Origin: Felis catus
Taxonomy: Eukaryota
Direction: 5' to 3'
Assembly (NCBI RefSeq): GCF_018350175.1
Contig: NC_058368.1
Coordinates: 178,934,001-178,998,000, forward strand
Length of the DNA stretch: 64,000 nt
The translations under genes were made by a program, and so were the position numbers. The notes below the pieces were generated by a model that worked only from the letters and a program-made list of their open reading frames with translations, had not been told where the DNA came from and made no database searches. Positions 13,921 to 28,698 of the stretch are shown in pieces. Each line of letters starts with the position of its first letter. Position 1 is the stretch's first letter.

Positions 13921-14174
13921 TTGAAATTTGACAGTTAAACTTACCCTTAACCACCATATCAAATCCAAACCCATCACTCCTATACAGTTTACCCATTACT
14001 ATTTTGGCAAATGTTCTTTCATTTTCCATCTTTACATACTTGTATATGTGGCCCCTATAATACGTTTTTAATTAGTTTGCATTTGTTAAGTAACCTAAGC
14101 ATTATCATAATGGACAATATTCTGAAAATTGCTTTTTTCTCCCTTATCTAGGATTTGTCCATTTCAGTACTCAC

Positions 14175-14374
14175 TTTTTTTTTTTTTTTTTTTAGAGAGA
14201 GAGAGAGAGAGAGCACATGAGTGGAGAGGGGAGGAGAGAGAGGGAGACAGAGGATGTGAAGGAGGCTCTGCACTGACAGCACTGAGCCCAATGTGGGGCT
14301 CGAACTCAGGAACTGTGAGATTATGACCCAAGCCGAAGTCAGATCCTCAACCGACTGAGCCACCCAGGCACCCC
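14175..14374 (-). mobile_element. Can-SINE within an old L1M fragment
   Basis: ...ctcaaccgactgagccacccaggcacccc; (GA)n; T tail. Flanks (14100-14570) resemble a degraded L1 3' region. Confidence 0.9.
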
Positions 14375-14742
14375 ACATTTTTTTTAATTGCAAGATGGTG
14401 CTCCTTAGGATGAATGCTATGCCGTTTATTTGGCCATTCTCCTCCTAGTGAGCATTTGTATGGTTTTCTATGTTGTGATATTACAAACAGAGGTGCAATA
14501 ATCTCCTTGTTTATATGTGTGAGTAATTTTTTAGATGAGATACCAAGCAGAGGAATCATTGAGGTATGGTGGATTATAATTTATTATCCAAATAAGAACT
14601 CAGAAAAATATACTAATAATTATACTAGTATAATAGGCAGAAGCCGGGACTATTCAAGACAAACCAGAATGTATGTTCTCCCTAGACAAGAAGAATATAT
14701 GGTTTTTTTGTGTTGTGTGTGTTTGTGTTTCTGTTTAATTTT

Positions 14743-14809
14743 CTTTTTTTATTTTAGAGAGATAGAGCACAAGCAGAAAGAGGGGCCGGCGGGGGCAGGG
14801 GGTGGGGAG

Positions 14810-14877
<68 letters not shown>

Positions 14878-15000
14878 CTCAAGCAGGCTCCATGCTCAGC
14901 ACAGAGCCTGATGAGGGGCTCGATCCCATAACCCTGGGATCATGACCTGAGCCAAAATCAAGAGTTGTATGCGTAACTGACTGAGCCACCCAGGCACCCC
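14743..15000 (-). mobile_element. Can-SINE
   Basis: Head ends ctgagccacccaggcacccc; TSD tgtttaatttt on both sides. Confidence 0.9.
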
Positions 15001-16099
15001 TGTGTTTAATTTTAATAGATAGCAGCAAGTGCCATCCAAAGTAAATCGAATGGGATATTTTTAAGCTTTCATTCTACTATCTAAAGTTTGGTTTTCCCCC
15101 CTCCCCAAATGAAAGACAGAATATCAAAAGCTTATGCTTCCTTAGATGCCAGCTAATCTTTAGCCTATGCTTCCTTTAGATGCATCATTTTCACTGAGAG
15201 GCCATCATTTTCTATATGGTATGGCTAGGAAAAGGCCCTTTTTGAGTGTGACAGTATGGCTTCCGTCATCCTCAATTACCTTCCCTATGAGCCTACCCTA
15301 CAAACATGTACTTTTTTTCTACTTCTATTTTTCATGCATACCTAGTTCCTTTGGGACTTTCTAATGTTTCACAATCACTAAAAAAATGACAAAAACTCAA
15401 TTAAGTAATCATCAACAAATAACAGTCAATTTTCACTTTATTCTGCCATTCTATTCTCCTGATTGGAAATCAAAGATTACCAGCAGAGCCTCACTTCAGT
15501 AGAGAACTTTCTTTGCAGACATAAGAGAGATGGTGATTTCATTATCAACGAGTAATTTGTCCCATTGTTATTCAATTAGAAAGCACTAGAGCCACAACTT
15601 TGCACCAAAGTAAATTCTAGAATTCCTACCTTGACTACTGAAAAATTATGTAAACAACAAGGATTGTTGATATCAGGGTACAAGATAACTGGAACCAATT
15701 CATTCACTGGTATTTATTAGAGTGCCCAATACTCATGAGTGTTGTGGGAGATAAACTGTTGTATAAATATGGCCTAGTCTACCAAGAATTTATAATCTAG
15801 TTGGGGAAACAATACTAGTGAGAGCAATTGAAAACAAGGTGGCTAGAAGCACCTAGAATCCTTAGCCAGATTGGTTGTTGTGAGTTTTCCTTCACTAAAA
15901 AGGCTGAGTCTTTGATCTAAGAAAATGCTGTGATTATCAAATGGCTTAATTATATCAACCTCACTGGCCTTAAACTGTAGGTAATAAGGGAACAATACAG
16001 GCTCTTTTGTCCCAAGCTCTCAGAGATCAAGCATATTTGCAATTAATGAATTCAGTGTTGGATTTGGAAGAGTAAGCAAATATGGTTTGCATCTCTTTA

Positions 16100-16350
16100 T
16101 GGCATAGTGGTTAAGAGCATGGGTTCCATAGACTAATGCCTACTTTCAAGTTTGGCTTCTATTACTTAATAGCTGTGTGACCTAGGGATATTATATTTCT
16201 ATGCCTCAGTTCTCCCAACTGAAAATAGAGATAATAATCATAGTATTTTGTATATTCTGTATATATAACATATATTTTGAAAACAAAATGACAATACATG
16301 CTAAATTCTTAGATTGGCTCCTGGCACATGAAAGGTCTCCAAATACTATT
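16100..16350 (+). mobile_element. MIR
   Basis: ggcatagtggttaagagc...gctgtgtgaccta...gcctcagttctcccaactgaaaatagagataata. Confidence 0.75.
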
Positions 16351-16409
16351 TGTTATTTAAAGCGGTATCTGACACTGGGAATGTGTCAGGGAAATGTTAT
16401 TTAACAGCC

Positions 16410-16620
16410 CCTAAACTAACTTAACCTTATTATGTCCCAGGTGCTATTCTAAGCACTTTAAATGGATTAATTTGTTTGATCCCCCCAACAATCCTACAAG
16501 GGAGGTACTATGATTATCCTCACTTTATAGATGAGAGAACTGAGTCAGAGAAAGGTAACCCAAGGGTGAGCTTATGGCAGAGCCATGGTTCAAACCTAGT
16601 GCTCTTAACCAGTCCACTAG
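16410..16620 (-). mobile_element. MIR
   Basis: tatgtcccaggtgctattctaagcacttta...cactttatagatgagagaactgagtcagagaaaggt. Confidence 0.75.
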
Positions 16621-17485
16621 GCTGTTCTCACCACTCCAAGTTCCTGCGTATGCACAGGTTGCCTCAGATCTAGCACAGGGATATCTGAGATGGCCAGGGA
16701 CACAGTGTGATCAGGAAGACAGTGACAAAAGGACCCCTGCCAAAGTGGCTGGTCCCTTAGATCCACATGTATACAGACATGGGTCATAAATAACAGGCTC
16801 TTGTTTTAACAAACACACCTCAAATTATTTTGCCTCACATGTAGCTAGTAGAAAGCTCATTTAGAATAGGTTCTTTGTGAGTCCTACACCCTGAGAGGAC
16901 TCTATTCTCAGAATTTCAGCAGCTTATGCCTCATCCTGCTGAAGTAAAACAAGACTCAGGAAGACCTAAATCCAGTCCGAATTCTCATTAACTGTCTAGA
17001 TGACACTCTGTTCTGCCTTAAGAGCTCCCCATGATATGTTTGAGTATAAACATGACAAAATGAGAAAGGGACAATCAAGGAGCTTTTCAAATATTTCTGG
17101 TTTAGTGTGACACATTACTTATAATCTTAAAGATTCAGCATAAAATTTTTTGAGAGGTAGGATTTGCCCTGTTAGAATTTTTTTTCTTAGCCAAATTACA
17201 TTCTTTAATAATACTTACTATGGGGATCAAATCCTGATATCGCACTTGTATTTCTTGTATTTATTTACCAGCTTGCTTTTGGTGTATCTTCTAGTTCCCT
17301 ATGTGGACTCCTCCATAAAACACCTTTATCATTGGTCCTTGATGGTTTAATATAGCTAAAATGATCAAGACTGAAACTTCCTGTAAATATTATAAATAGA
17401 TCTAGATAATGTAGAGTGGGGAAAGATTCTGCTCAACCCTGACACTGGAGACTGCAGCATTATTTATAGAAGCTTTACTCTAATG

Positions 17486-17487
<2 letters not shown>

Positions 17488-17531
<44 letters not shown>
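17488..17531. repeat. (GT)n microsatellite
   Basis: About 22 uninterrupted units. Confidence 0.95.
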
Positions 17532-17534
<3 letters not shown>

Positions 17535-18539
17535 CTGTCAATCCTTCATTTCTCCATATAGTCAGGAAAATTGATGAATGAGTCAAAATTATTAACACAT
17601 TTGAGAAATTAAATACATCAGTTAGATGACCTTGGACAAGTGACTTAATGTCCTTGGGTTTTCATTTCCTATCTGTAAAATGAGGGTAGTGGGTTAAATT
17701 AGGGGAGATAGACAACACATAAAAGACCTGCAATTAATATTAGCTGTTGTTATTGCTTCTGCTGCTGACTTTGAGTCAAGATTTTCAAAGCAAAACCCAA
17801 ACAAACTTGAAGAATACTAATAATCAGCATTATTCCTCAAAATATTATCAGACTTTATTTGCTTTTGCTCAAAGGTTCTCTTCTTATTTACTTATGATTC
17901 GGTTGGCTCTTACCAGGGATAATTTCTAATTTTCTGGATTTGTTGGTTTTATTGACTTGCACTAAATCTCTGGAAAATGTTTAAGTAGTAGGCCCTCAAC
18001 ATCAAGGCCTGGAAGAGATAATACATGATGACCCTGGGGTGAGAACAGCCAGTTGCTGTCCAGGGACTGAACGTGCCCTGAGTTTGCCCTGTGATGATCC
18101 AGTGTCCTCTTAGATCCACACAGATTACCTTTGTCTGGCTGCCAGTTCTGGTCCAGGTGCCACCTCTGGGGAGAGGCCACAGTGGTGCCAAGGAAAAGCC
18201 AGACAACCACAGCCATGTCAAGATATGAAGGGACTCTGAAGATCATTTACTCCGGTAATCACAAAATCTAAAGTGTCTACACGGGTCAACAGATAATGTA
18301 AATGAGTGTAGCCTAAGCAGATATGGTTGAAGCAGACGTGGTAAAAGAGTTCACCACACCCAAAGGGCACATTCACATCAAAGGGATTATGGACTGGTGC
18401 CTTATGGGGACGGGGACCCAGGTAATCACTGAGACCCCAGAATCCAGGTGGTTTTCTATGTGGAATCTCTTGGTTTTAACATGTTAGCAATTCAATTTTT
18501 AAGACATTCCACAGACCAAATTAAAAATAAGTATTTGCT

Positions 18540-18715
18540 GGGGCACATGGGTGGTTCAGTCGTGTAAGTGTCTGACTCCTGATTTTGGCTCAGGTCATGA
18601 TCTCCCAGTACATGAGATTGAGCCCTGCACCCAACTCTGTGCTGACAGCATGGAGCCTGATTGGGATTACCTCTCTCCCTCTCTCTCTGCCTCTGCCCAG
18701 CTCATTCTCTCTCTG

Positions 18716-18756
<41 letters not shown>

Positions 18757-18785
18757 CAAATAAATAAATAAATAAATGAAAAAGA
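18540..18785 (+). mobile_element. Can-SINE
   Basis: ggggcacatgggtggttcagtc...(CT)n...(AAAT)n. Confidence 0.9.
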
Positions 18786-20720
18786 TAATAACCATTTGCC
18801 ACATCTGCTAGTTTTTCCATTCTGATTTAGCCCTGATATTCTGAATCTAAATTTAGTGCTTTGCTAATGGTCCCTCTAGCCAAGAGAGTGAGCTCCACAA
18901 AACAGGAACCTGTCAGTCTGGTTCACTGATAGGCCCAAGAGCAGTTCCTGATTTTGAGTGGGCACTAAATATTATTTTCTTTCCTGAATGAAGAAATCAA
19001 TGACATTAATCTAAGAAAGGTTAAGGAAGAAAAAGTTATTAAAGTAGTTATTAATCTAGTTATTAATCTAGATTATAGTCAGAAACAATGAGGTAAGACT
19101 ACTTTAGCTTTAGCATGAGGGAAGCATCAAGTTGAAAATCAACAAATCATGGGGATAAGAGGAAAGCAGGTCAAAGAGAATAAAGGAGCTTCACTGGAGT
19201 CAAGGCTGGCTTCAAAGGGCTGTGTTCAGGCTGTAAAAGCCAGAAGACATCCATACCATGTAACTTCTGAGGAAAGAACGCATGGGTTTTGTTTCTTCAT
19301 TCAAAAGCTTCATTTGAAACTGCATCCTCAGTAAACCGAGGGTGACAGTCCATGTCTGCCGACCTTTTGTGTGTTATGGGTCAAGAAACTTGAGTTTTCT
19401 GAACCTATTTCTTCATCTGTAGAAATGAACATGATCGTAACTGCTTTATCATTTTGGCAGCCAAAACTGAGGATTAAAAGAGATAATGTTGTCAGAGCCT
19501 CTTGCGCAGTCTATAAAAATTCTTAAATGGGATCAACACTACGGTTGTTATTATAACACCTATGCATCTAATCCCTCCTTGGGATAAAATGAGAGGGTTA
19601 TACCAGTGAGATAAATTTTTAGACCAATTTTGGATAGGTCTAAATGTCCACACAGAGGCCATAATTTCCATACCATCCTCACTAAATTCAATAGCAAAGT
19701 TTGAAATAGCTCTATTCATAAACTACTCACTTCCAGAAAGCAAAAAGCATAAAAACTGCTACAAATATCATAGGGGATTTTAGTGTGCTGGTTTGTTTTT
19801 GTTTTTGTGTTATCTCAAATTTTCTAGAGCTCTTTTTTAGGTAATACATTTAAGTACCATCTTCTAAAGAGTCAAAGAAACACTTGAAAATTAGACCCAA
19901 CCTGTACTCTACCGTCAGTGAGCTTCCTTGACAATGAGCTTGCTCTATTCCCAGGGTATTCTTGGGGAAAGAAGAGGGCAGGGCAATCATAAACAGGTTC
20001 TAGAGAGGCTCTGTATCGCCCTAGCCATATATCAGCCTGATAAATAAGACTCAAGCCGAGTGGAATTTAAATGAAGCTATTTTGCGTACAAAGAGAAATG
20101 TTATCTCTACTCTTGGGATGAGTACAGCCAAATAGTTTCCATCAGGAACCTCAAAGCTCTATAAACTTCAATAGCACATTCTAACTCTCATCGCACACTA
20201 ATGAAATAGTAAAAGTATAGTTGTCCTTTCATTGTTTGTGCCTGAAGTTATGACCGGTTGCAAATGACAGGAAATTGGAGACAACATTTTAATGGCTATG
20301 AATGTATTTATAAAGAAGCTTTGGTGTCTAATGAGAGTTGAGAAGGCACAACAATTGAGCAACAATTTACTGCCAAGAAATCAATTTGAAAATTCTATAC
20401 AAGATTATCACCCACTAAATTGTCTTTCTTCAAAACTGTAGGCCCTAAAATGTTACTTCTGGACAAGGAATTTCACAAACAATAAATGCTAATTAAGTAA
20501 TCTATTCAAATGAGTTGATTGAAAGGGAAAAAAGGAATCACCTCTTGTAAAAAATTTCAACACTCTTGGCTATATTCCTGCTGTTGCTGCTTTTGGTCCA
20601 TCTTTCTTTATTGAAAACTAGTGGCATTGGGCAATAAACCAGGCAACTCCATTTTTCTATCCCCTTCGTACATTATAATACAACATGAATGAATATTCAC
20701 ACACAGACTCATACAGACAT

Positions 20721-20759
<39 letters not shown>

Positions 20760-23700
20760 TTCTACCACACACAATGACACACAAGGAATTCTGTTTCTGA
20801 TGTAACAAACTTAGGTAGGCAGAGATAATTATATATTGCAGTAGTTATAAAGGTAGAAGAGAATGCTGATGTCTGAATAGGACCTTAAGAAAACATACAC
20901 ATGTACACACACACACACACATGCTCATCACACAACAAAAGAGGAATTTGTGTGCAGCTCAAAGCTATTTAATACCTTTTGCAAACAGAGCAACAAATAA
21001 CCTAAAAGCCAACAGATAACCACAGGACAGGGCATGCAAGTAAGAGCCCCCCTTGAGCCAAAAAAGCTAATATATTTTCTGCCCCCAAATAAAGAATAGC
21101 CTGGCCTATAGCTGAAAGACCAGACCAAACAACGAGGCAGATGAATCACTTTATTCTTTTCATATCCAGGGTTCCTTACATCATCAAGAGTCTTTAGGTA
21201 GATGCTGTTTTTTTTTTTAAGAGAGCAAGGTGCTTTGGTTGTTCTCCAGCCCAACATATGTGGATACCCAGTTATCCCTTGCCCTCTGGTCTCAGAGATC
21301 ACAGATGATAACACCATGGTAGAGAAGACACCAATTTTGACCCAGCAAACTGCATGGAAATGAAATCAAAAGACACTTGGTAGCCCTGTGGCACTTTAGA
21401 GTAAAAACAATGGGGCATTATTTTCTCCAACAGTCACATCCTTCTCTTTATTTCTTTTCCTGGTATCTAGGCTTTTCATGGAACTTGTGGCTATGAGTTG
21501 GTGATCCAAAACACCTCTGTCTTGTGCCGGTTTTGCATAACTTAAAAAAGGGTGTGTGGTCAGTTTTTACCATTTGTGTGGCACCAACTTCTTGGCTAAG
21601 TATGGGAAAATTTAATATTGTGCCCTTTAACTTGAACACAGAAAAGTATTAAACAGGAGAATTGATTTAACATCGTGTGAAATTAAGCCTGAAGGACATT
21701 ATGTCCTCATAAAGCATAATTACTCCTAAAGTTTTATCTCAAATTGTCTCAGAGGAACTGTCTCAGCAGGTAATAAACAGACTTGGAAAAATGTCACTGG
21801 CCACATTAAACAGCCCCTAGTCTGGATATGGAGGGCAATTTAATGTGTAGTTAAGTGTAGAGGGAAGAGCTCTTGCTTCTAAAAGCTCCACTGACCCAGA
21901 TGTCTCATGAACACTGCCACATGAAGAGAGAAGTTAAGAGGGGTTCTATGATAAAGAGCAGGCTGTACAAGACCTGTATGTGTATAGAATGCAACATAGC
22001 CTTAATAAGAATATGAGAAGGACAAAAACTCTTAAATGAATAATAATTGTTCTAATACTCTGATTTAAGTATAGCATATACCTGAACTATTAAATAAGTG
22101 AACTGAAGAGGAGCCACTCTGACAGTGTAAAATAAAATGAAGTAAAGATACTAATGAAATACAAATGCAGGGAAAAAAATGAAATCACTGAGCTCTTAGC
22201 AGCCAGAACCACAGCTGCTGGCAAATCCTCCAACGAACACCCACAAAAGTGGAAACACTTTTCCAGGGGGACCCTGGAGGGACCTGAGGGTTTTGCTTGT
22301 TGCTCTCACCTCCAGATAACCCACATCCTAAATATATTAAGGACACAGAGACTGTGATTTGCCTGAAATAGTGCCCAGGGGGAAGATGGATAACCTAACC
22401 TGGATGATAAACGAAATGAGTAAGCTTGAGAGGGCCTATGGTTCAGAGAGAGCAGAAGTGGTGGCCTCACCAGAGACAGAAGGGACATCTTCTCTAGAAA
22501 GCTGTGAGCTAAAAAGTTCATGGAGCAGTCCATATTTCTCCAGGATCCCACTTAAAGTTGCCTATCTGCCTCCCTTAGTCTTATAGCTGTAGGCAAAATA
22601 GTTCACATAGGGGACTTTGTTGCCATGACCCTTTCAGGGTCATCTGCTGTGAATGTGGTGCATTTATTGTTGTCACTGAAGGCTAAATGTTTAGTGCTAT
22701 GAACCTCAGAGAAGCTCCCTGAAACAGAGGGGAATGATGCCAAAAACAGGTCAGTGATGTTTTATGAATTAGGCCTGAGAAAATGTAAGCATGTCTCCAA
22801 CTATAGGCAGCACAATCAATCTGCTGATCTTTTTTAAAAAGTTAAAAGAGTAAGCAATAAATCAGCAGTGAGGGGTAGGTCCTTTGCCATCAAACTGTCT
22901 TGAGATGCAATTTTAAATGACTTTGTAGTGACCTTGCCTATGTAATTTCAGGACTCAAAAGAAATTTTCCTCACATATTCCATGTGGCAACTCTCTTGGA
23001 CAAGTGTCCTGCTTCTCTTAGATGGCCACATCTAACAATTAGATGTCCGTACCGTGACTCTCCTCTTTCTTATAAATGGACAGACTTGGGATCTGGATCT
23101 GATTCTAATCATCTGAAGCTGAGAAAGTCATCTGGGCCAGGAAGGTGTGTCATAAGAACATATGGCTCAGCTAGCACCAGGCCACAGACAAGGGAAAAAG
23201 CCTGGCTCTGGTACCATTAAGAGTAAACCCTGTCACCACGACTATTCCATGGCAAACCTGTTCCAAATACTGAAAGAAGAAAGGCACCCTGCTGACCTGT
23301 AGAGTCATAAAGGAACAATGCGGATGCAGAAGTGGAGTGTCATTTTGTAACTCAAGCTGTGCAAAGGGCGACTGTGTGAGAGGAAAGAAAATATTAGAGG
23401 GTTAGGCCCCAGGAAGGGACTCAGTGATATTTAGCATAAAATATGTCTTGTGAGACTGTGATATTGTTTATCCACTCAAGTCCTTCCAAAAGCTCCAAAT
23501 CCTGATAAACTTTATAAGTGATGATCTTTGAGTGTATCTTCTTCAAAGCAATATTGACTTTGGGGTAGAATCAAAGTTTTTATTTTTCTTGAGGACTCAT
23601 GGTATAGAACAAAGTAGATGCATGGGTCTGGAGAACAAGTTGTAATTTGGATCCTTGCTCTATTACTTAAAAGTTGTATTTGCTGGTCAAGTAACTGAAC

Positions 23701-23944
23701 TTCAGTTTCTTTACCCATAAAATGGATTATCATAAAGATTAGCACAAGTTAAATATCCCCAGCTTCATGCCTAAGAGTGGGTTCAGAACAAACATTTAAA
23801 CCTCTTCCTTAAAAAGCAAACACTTCGATTAAAAAAAAATTTCAAATTGAATAATACCTCTCCAAAATACTAAATACCCCACAGGTTTTATTTCCTTAAT
23901 TTAGTCACGATGATCCAGTGTCAGTCAACAGAGTGAAATGTTCT

Positions 23945-24100
23945 GCACTGTCCAGGATGGTAGCCACTAGCAACATGTAGTCATTAGCACTGGAAATTGT
24001 GGCTAATGGGACCAAAGTATTGAATTTCTTATTTTAATTTTAATCAATTTAATTTAAATAACTTCACGTGGAAAATAGCTCCTATAGGGCTGGACAACAT
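23945..24100. mobile_element. MER3-like hAT MITE
   Basis: gcactgtccag...gtagccactagcaacatgt...aatttaatttaaata...ctggacaaca. Confidence 0.65.
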
Positions 24101-24654
24101 GTCAAGTCTGAGCTCTGATAGATAAAGAAGGAAGGCTTTGGAAATGTATACATAGCAAAGGTGGGGAATTATCCATAGGCTCTTCCCCATTAGCAGCAGC
24201 CCCTGAAGGCAGGTGAGCTGGGTCAGCCTTGCTCAGACTCACTCTACGGACTGGCGAGGATGAGAGAAATAGGGCCAGACAGTGGCTTTCTCTGACAGAG
24301 CCAAATTCTGTGACCTTGAACAAGTTTCCCAATTTTTCTGAACATTTCTTTCCTCATCTATAACTTGGGGATAATACCTCAGGGTTATTTTCAAGGGTTA
24401 AATGCAATAATGCCAAAATATATTGAAGCCTGTAGAATGAGGGACAACTAAAAAATAGTTTACCATATCCTTAGTAGTTTTGTAACACTGGCCATGACTC
24501 ATTGTTTTTCTTTCCAGCTTGACTGAGGTATAATTGGCAAATAAAATTGTAAGATACTTAAAGTATACAACATAACGATTCGATATATATAAACATTGTG
24601 GAAGGACTTCTCCCATTGAGTTAATTAACATATCCACCACCTCATATATTGGCC

Positions 24655-24692
<38 letters not shown>

Positions 24693-25363
24693 GAGAACAC
24701 CTAAGTTCTACTTTCTTAGCAAATTACAATTATACAATACAGTGTTATCATTTATAGTCCCATGTTATATATTAGGTCTTCAGAGTTTATTTTTGAGCTC
24801 AAAGTTTGTACCCTTTTTACCAACCTCTTCCTATTTCTCCCACCACCCCCAGCTTCTAGGCAACCACTTTTCTACTCTATGAATTTGATTTTTTTTAAGA
24901 TTCCATGTATAAGTGATAGCATGTGGTACTAATCTTTCTCTGTATGACTTACTTCACTTAGCATAATGCCCTCCAGATTCATCTATGTTGCCACAACAAA
25001 CAAGAGTTCCTTCTTCTTTTAAGGTTGAATAATATTCTACTGCATAGATATACCCCGTTTTCTTTATTCATTCGTCAATAGACACTTAGTGGTTTCCATA
25101 CCTTGGGAACACACCTGCTGCTATAAACATGGGTACATGTACTCAAAGAGTACAGATATCTCTTTGAGATAATAATTTTATTTCCTTTGGATAGATACCC
25201 AAAGAAGAGATTGCTGGGTTGTGTGGTAGTTATGTTTTTAATTTCCTAAGAAATATCCATACTGTTTTCCATACTGGTTCTTTCAGTTGACATTTTCACC
25301 AAAAGTGCACAAGAATTTCCCTTTCTCCACATCTTCCCAAACACTCATTATCTCTTATCTTTG

Positions 25364-25591
25364 TTATTATTATTATTATTGTTGTTATTGTTATTGTTAT
25401 TGTTATTTTGAGAGAGAGAGAGAATGCAAGTGGGATAGGACAGGGAGAGAACAAGAGAAAGAGAATCCCAAGTAGGCTCCACGCTGCCAGCACAGACCCC
25501 AATTTAGGGCTCCAACTCACAAATTGGGAGATCATGACCTGAGCCAAAACCAAGAGTCAGACACACAACCACCTGAGCTACCCAGACGGCT
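25364..25591 (-). mobile_element. Can-SINE nested in old L1
   Basis: gagatcatgacctgagccaaaaccaagagtcag...ctgagctacccagacg; tail decayed into TTA/TTG repeats. Confidence 0.85.
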
Positions 25592-27470
25592 CATCTTTTG
25601 TCTTTTTTATGACAGCCATTCTAACAGATGTGAGGTGGTATCTCACCATGGTTTTGATTTGCATTTCCCTGATGCTGAGTGATGTTGAGCACATTTTCAT
25701 GTACTTGTTGGTCCTCTGTAGGTCTTTAGAAAAATGCGTATTCAGGTCCTCTGCCCAGCTTTTAATAGACTTATTGATGTTGTGGTTGTTTATGTTCTGT
25801 TTGGTCTTACTTTGCAATTGAGTTATGTGGGCTCCTAATACCTTTTGGATATTACCCTTTATCAGATATGTGGTTTGCAAATATTTTCTTCTATTCCCAT
25901 AGGTTGCCTTTCATTTTGTTGATGGTTTCCTTTGTGTGCAAGCTTTTTAGTTTGATGTGGTCCCATTTGTTATTTTTGCTTTTTATGTCAAATTCAAAAA
26001 ACTCATTGCCAAGATCAATGCCAAGAAGCTTATCCTTCCAAGTTTTATTCCAGTTTTATGTTTTCAAGTCTTACATTAAAGTCTAATCCATTTGAATTGA
26101 TTTTTGTATGTAGTGTAAGATAGAGATCCTGTTTCATTCTTTTGGATGTGGATATCCAGTTTTCCCAGTACCATTTATTGAAGAGACTGTCCTTTTCCTA
26201 TTTTATATTCTTACCTTCTCTGTCATAAATTAGTTGACCATATATGCATAGGTTTATTTCTAGTCTCCCCATTCTGTTCCATTGATCTATGTATATTTTT
26301 TATGCCAATACCATACTGTTTTAATTACTATGACTTTGTAATACACTTTGAAATCAAGGGGAAAGATGACTCTTGCTTTGTTCTTTCTCAAAATTGCTTT
26401 GGCTATTTGGGGAATTTTGTGGTTCCACACAAAATTTAGGATTTTTTCTATTTCTGAAAAAAGAATGCCATTGAAATTTTGGTAGAGATTGCACTGAATC
26501 TGTAGATCGCTTTGGGTAGTATGGACATTTTAACGATATTAATTCTTCTAATCTATGAATGTGGAATATATTTCCATTTACTTGTGTTACCTTCAATTTC
26601 TTTCATCAGTATTTATAGTTTTCAGTGTGCAGGTCTCTTACCTCCTTGGCTAAATTTATTCCTAAGTATTTTATTCTTTCTGATGTCTCATAAAATGGGA
26701 TTGTTTTCTTCATTTCTATTTCTGATAGTTTGTTGTTGGTGTATAGAAATGCAGCTAATTTTTGCAGTTATTTTGTATCCTGCAACTTTACTAAATTTGT
26801 TAATTAGTTCTAATAGGGTTTTTTTGTGGTGTAATTTTTAGGATTTTCTATATATAATATCATATCATCTGCAAAAGAGACAATTTTACTTCTTTCTTTA
26901 TGATTTGCATGCCTTTTAATTCTTTTTCTTGCCTGAGGGCTCTGGCTAGGACATCCAGGACTATGTTGAATAGAGGGTGAGAGTGGGCATCCTTATCTTG
27001 TTCCTGATCTTAGAGGAAAGGCTTCAGTGTTTCATCTTTGAATACAACGTGAACTGTGGGCTTGTTGATAGTCTTTATTATGTTGAAGTATATTCCCTCT
27101 ATACCCAGTTTGTTGAGAGTTTTTAATCATGAAAGTATGTTGAATTTTGCCCAATGCTTTTTCTGCATTTATTCAGATGATCATATTATTTTTATTCTTC
27201 ATTTTGTTAGTGTGGTTTACCACATTGGTTTATTTGTGGATGCTGAACCATTCTTGCATCCCTGGAATAAATCCCACATGACCACAGTCTATGATCCTGT
27301 CAGTGTATTCTTGAATTTGGTTTGTTAATATTTTGTCGAGGATTTTTGCATCTATGTTCATCAAGGATATTGGCCTATAGTTATTTTTTTCTTGTGGTGT
27401 CCTTGTCAGGATTTGGTATCAGAAGAGTGCTGGTTTTGTAAAATGAGTTTGGTAGTATTCCCTCCTCTTC

Positions 27471-27516
<46 letters not shown>

Positions 27517-27764
27517 TGTGTGTGGAAGACTTTGAGAAGAATTGGGATTAGTTTTTCTTTAAATGTTTGGTGGAATTTACCTGTGAAGGCATCTGGTGCT
27601 GAATTTTTCTCTGTTGGGATGTTCTGGAACCTTACTAGTAACTGGTCTGTTCAGAGTTTCCAATTTTTTGTGGTTCAGTCTTGGTAGGTTGTACATTTAT
27701 AGGAATGTATCCATTTCTTCTCGGGTGTCCAATTTATTGGTATATAATTATTTATAGTAGTTTT

Positions 27765-27970
27765 TAAATGTTTATTTATTTATTTTTGAGATAGAGAGTG
27801 AGAGAGTGTGTGTGTGTGGGAGGGGCAGAGAGACAGAGAGAGAGAATCTCAAGCAGGCTCTGCACTATCAGCACAGAGTCTGACAAGGAGCTTGAACTCA
27901 TAACCGTGAGATCATGGCCTAAGCCAATATCAAGAGTTGGACACAACCTACTGAACCACCCAGATGCCCC
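27765..27970 (-). mobile_element. Can-SINE nested in old L1
   Basis: TSD ttatagtagtttt (27752-27764 / 27971-27983); head ends ccacccagatgcccc. Confidence 0.9.
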
Positions 27971-28104
27971 TTATAGTAGTTTTTATGATCCTTTGTATTT
28001 CTGTGGCTTCAGTTATAATGTCTCTTCTTTTCATTTATAATTTCATTTATTTCAGTCCTCTTGGTAAGTTTAGCTAATGGTTTGTCTGTTTTGTTCATCT
28101 TTTC

Positions 28105-28628
28105 TTTTAATTTAAATCCAAGTTAGTTAACATATAGTGTAGTAATGGTTTCAGGAGTAGAATTTAGTGATTTATCACTTATATATAACACACAGTGCTC
28201 AACCCAGCAAGTGCCCTTTTTAGTACCCATCATCCATTTAGCCTATTCCGTGACCCAACACCCCTCCAGCAGCCCTCAGTTTGTTCTCTGTATTTAAGGA
28301 TCTCTTACGGTTGGCTTCTCTCTCTGTTTTTATCTTATTTTTCCTTCCCTTCCCTTATGTTCATCTGTTTTGTTTCTTAAATTCCACATATGAGTGATAT
28401 CATATACTTGTCTTTCTCTGACTGACTTATTTTGCTTAGCATAATACACTCTAGTTTCATCCACATTGTTGCAAATGGCAAGATTTCATCCTGTTTGATT
28501 GCTGAGTAATATTCCATTGTGTGCGTATGTGTACGTATGTTCCTTATGCTAACTTTGGGTTCCATTTGTTCTTCTTTTTCTTGTTTTTGGAGGTATACAG
28601 TCATTTATTTGAGATCTTTTTCTTAACA

Positions 28629-28698
<70 letters not shown>

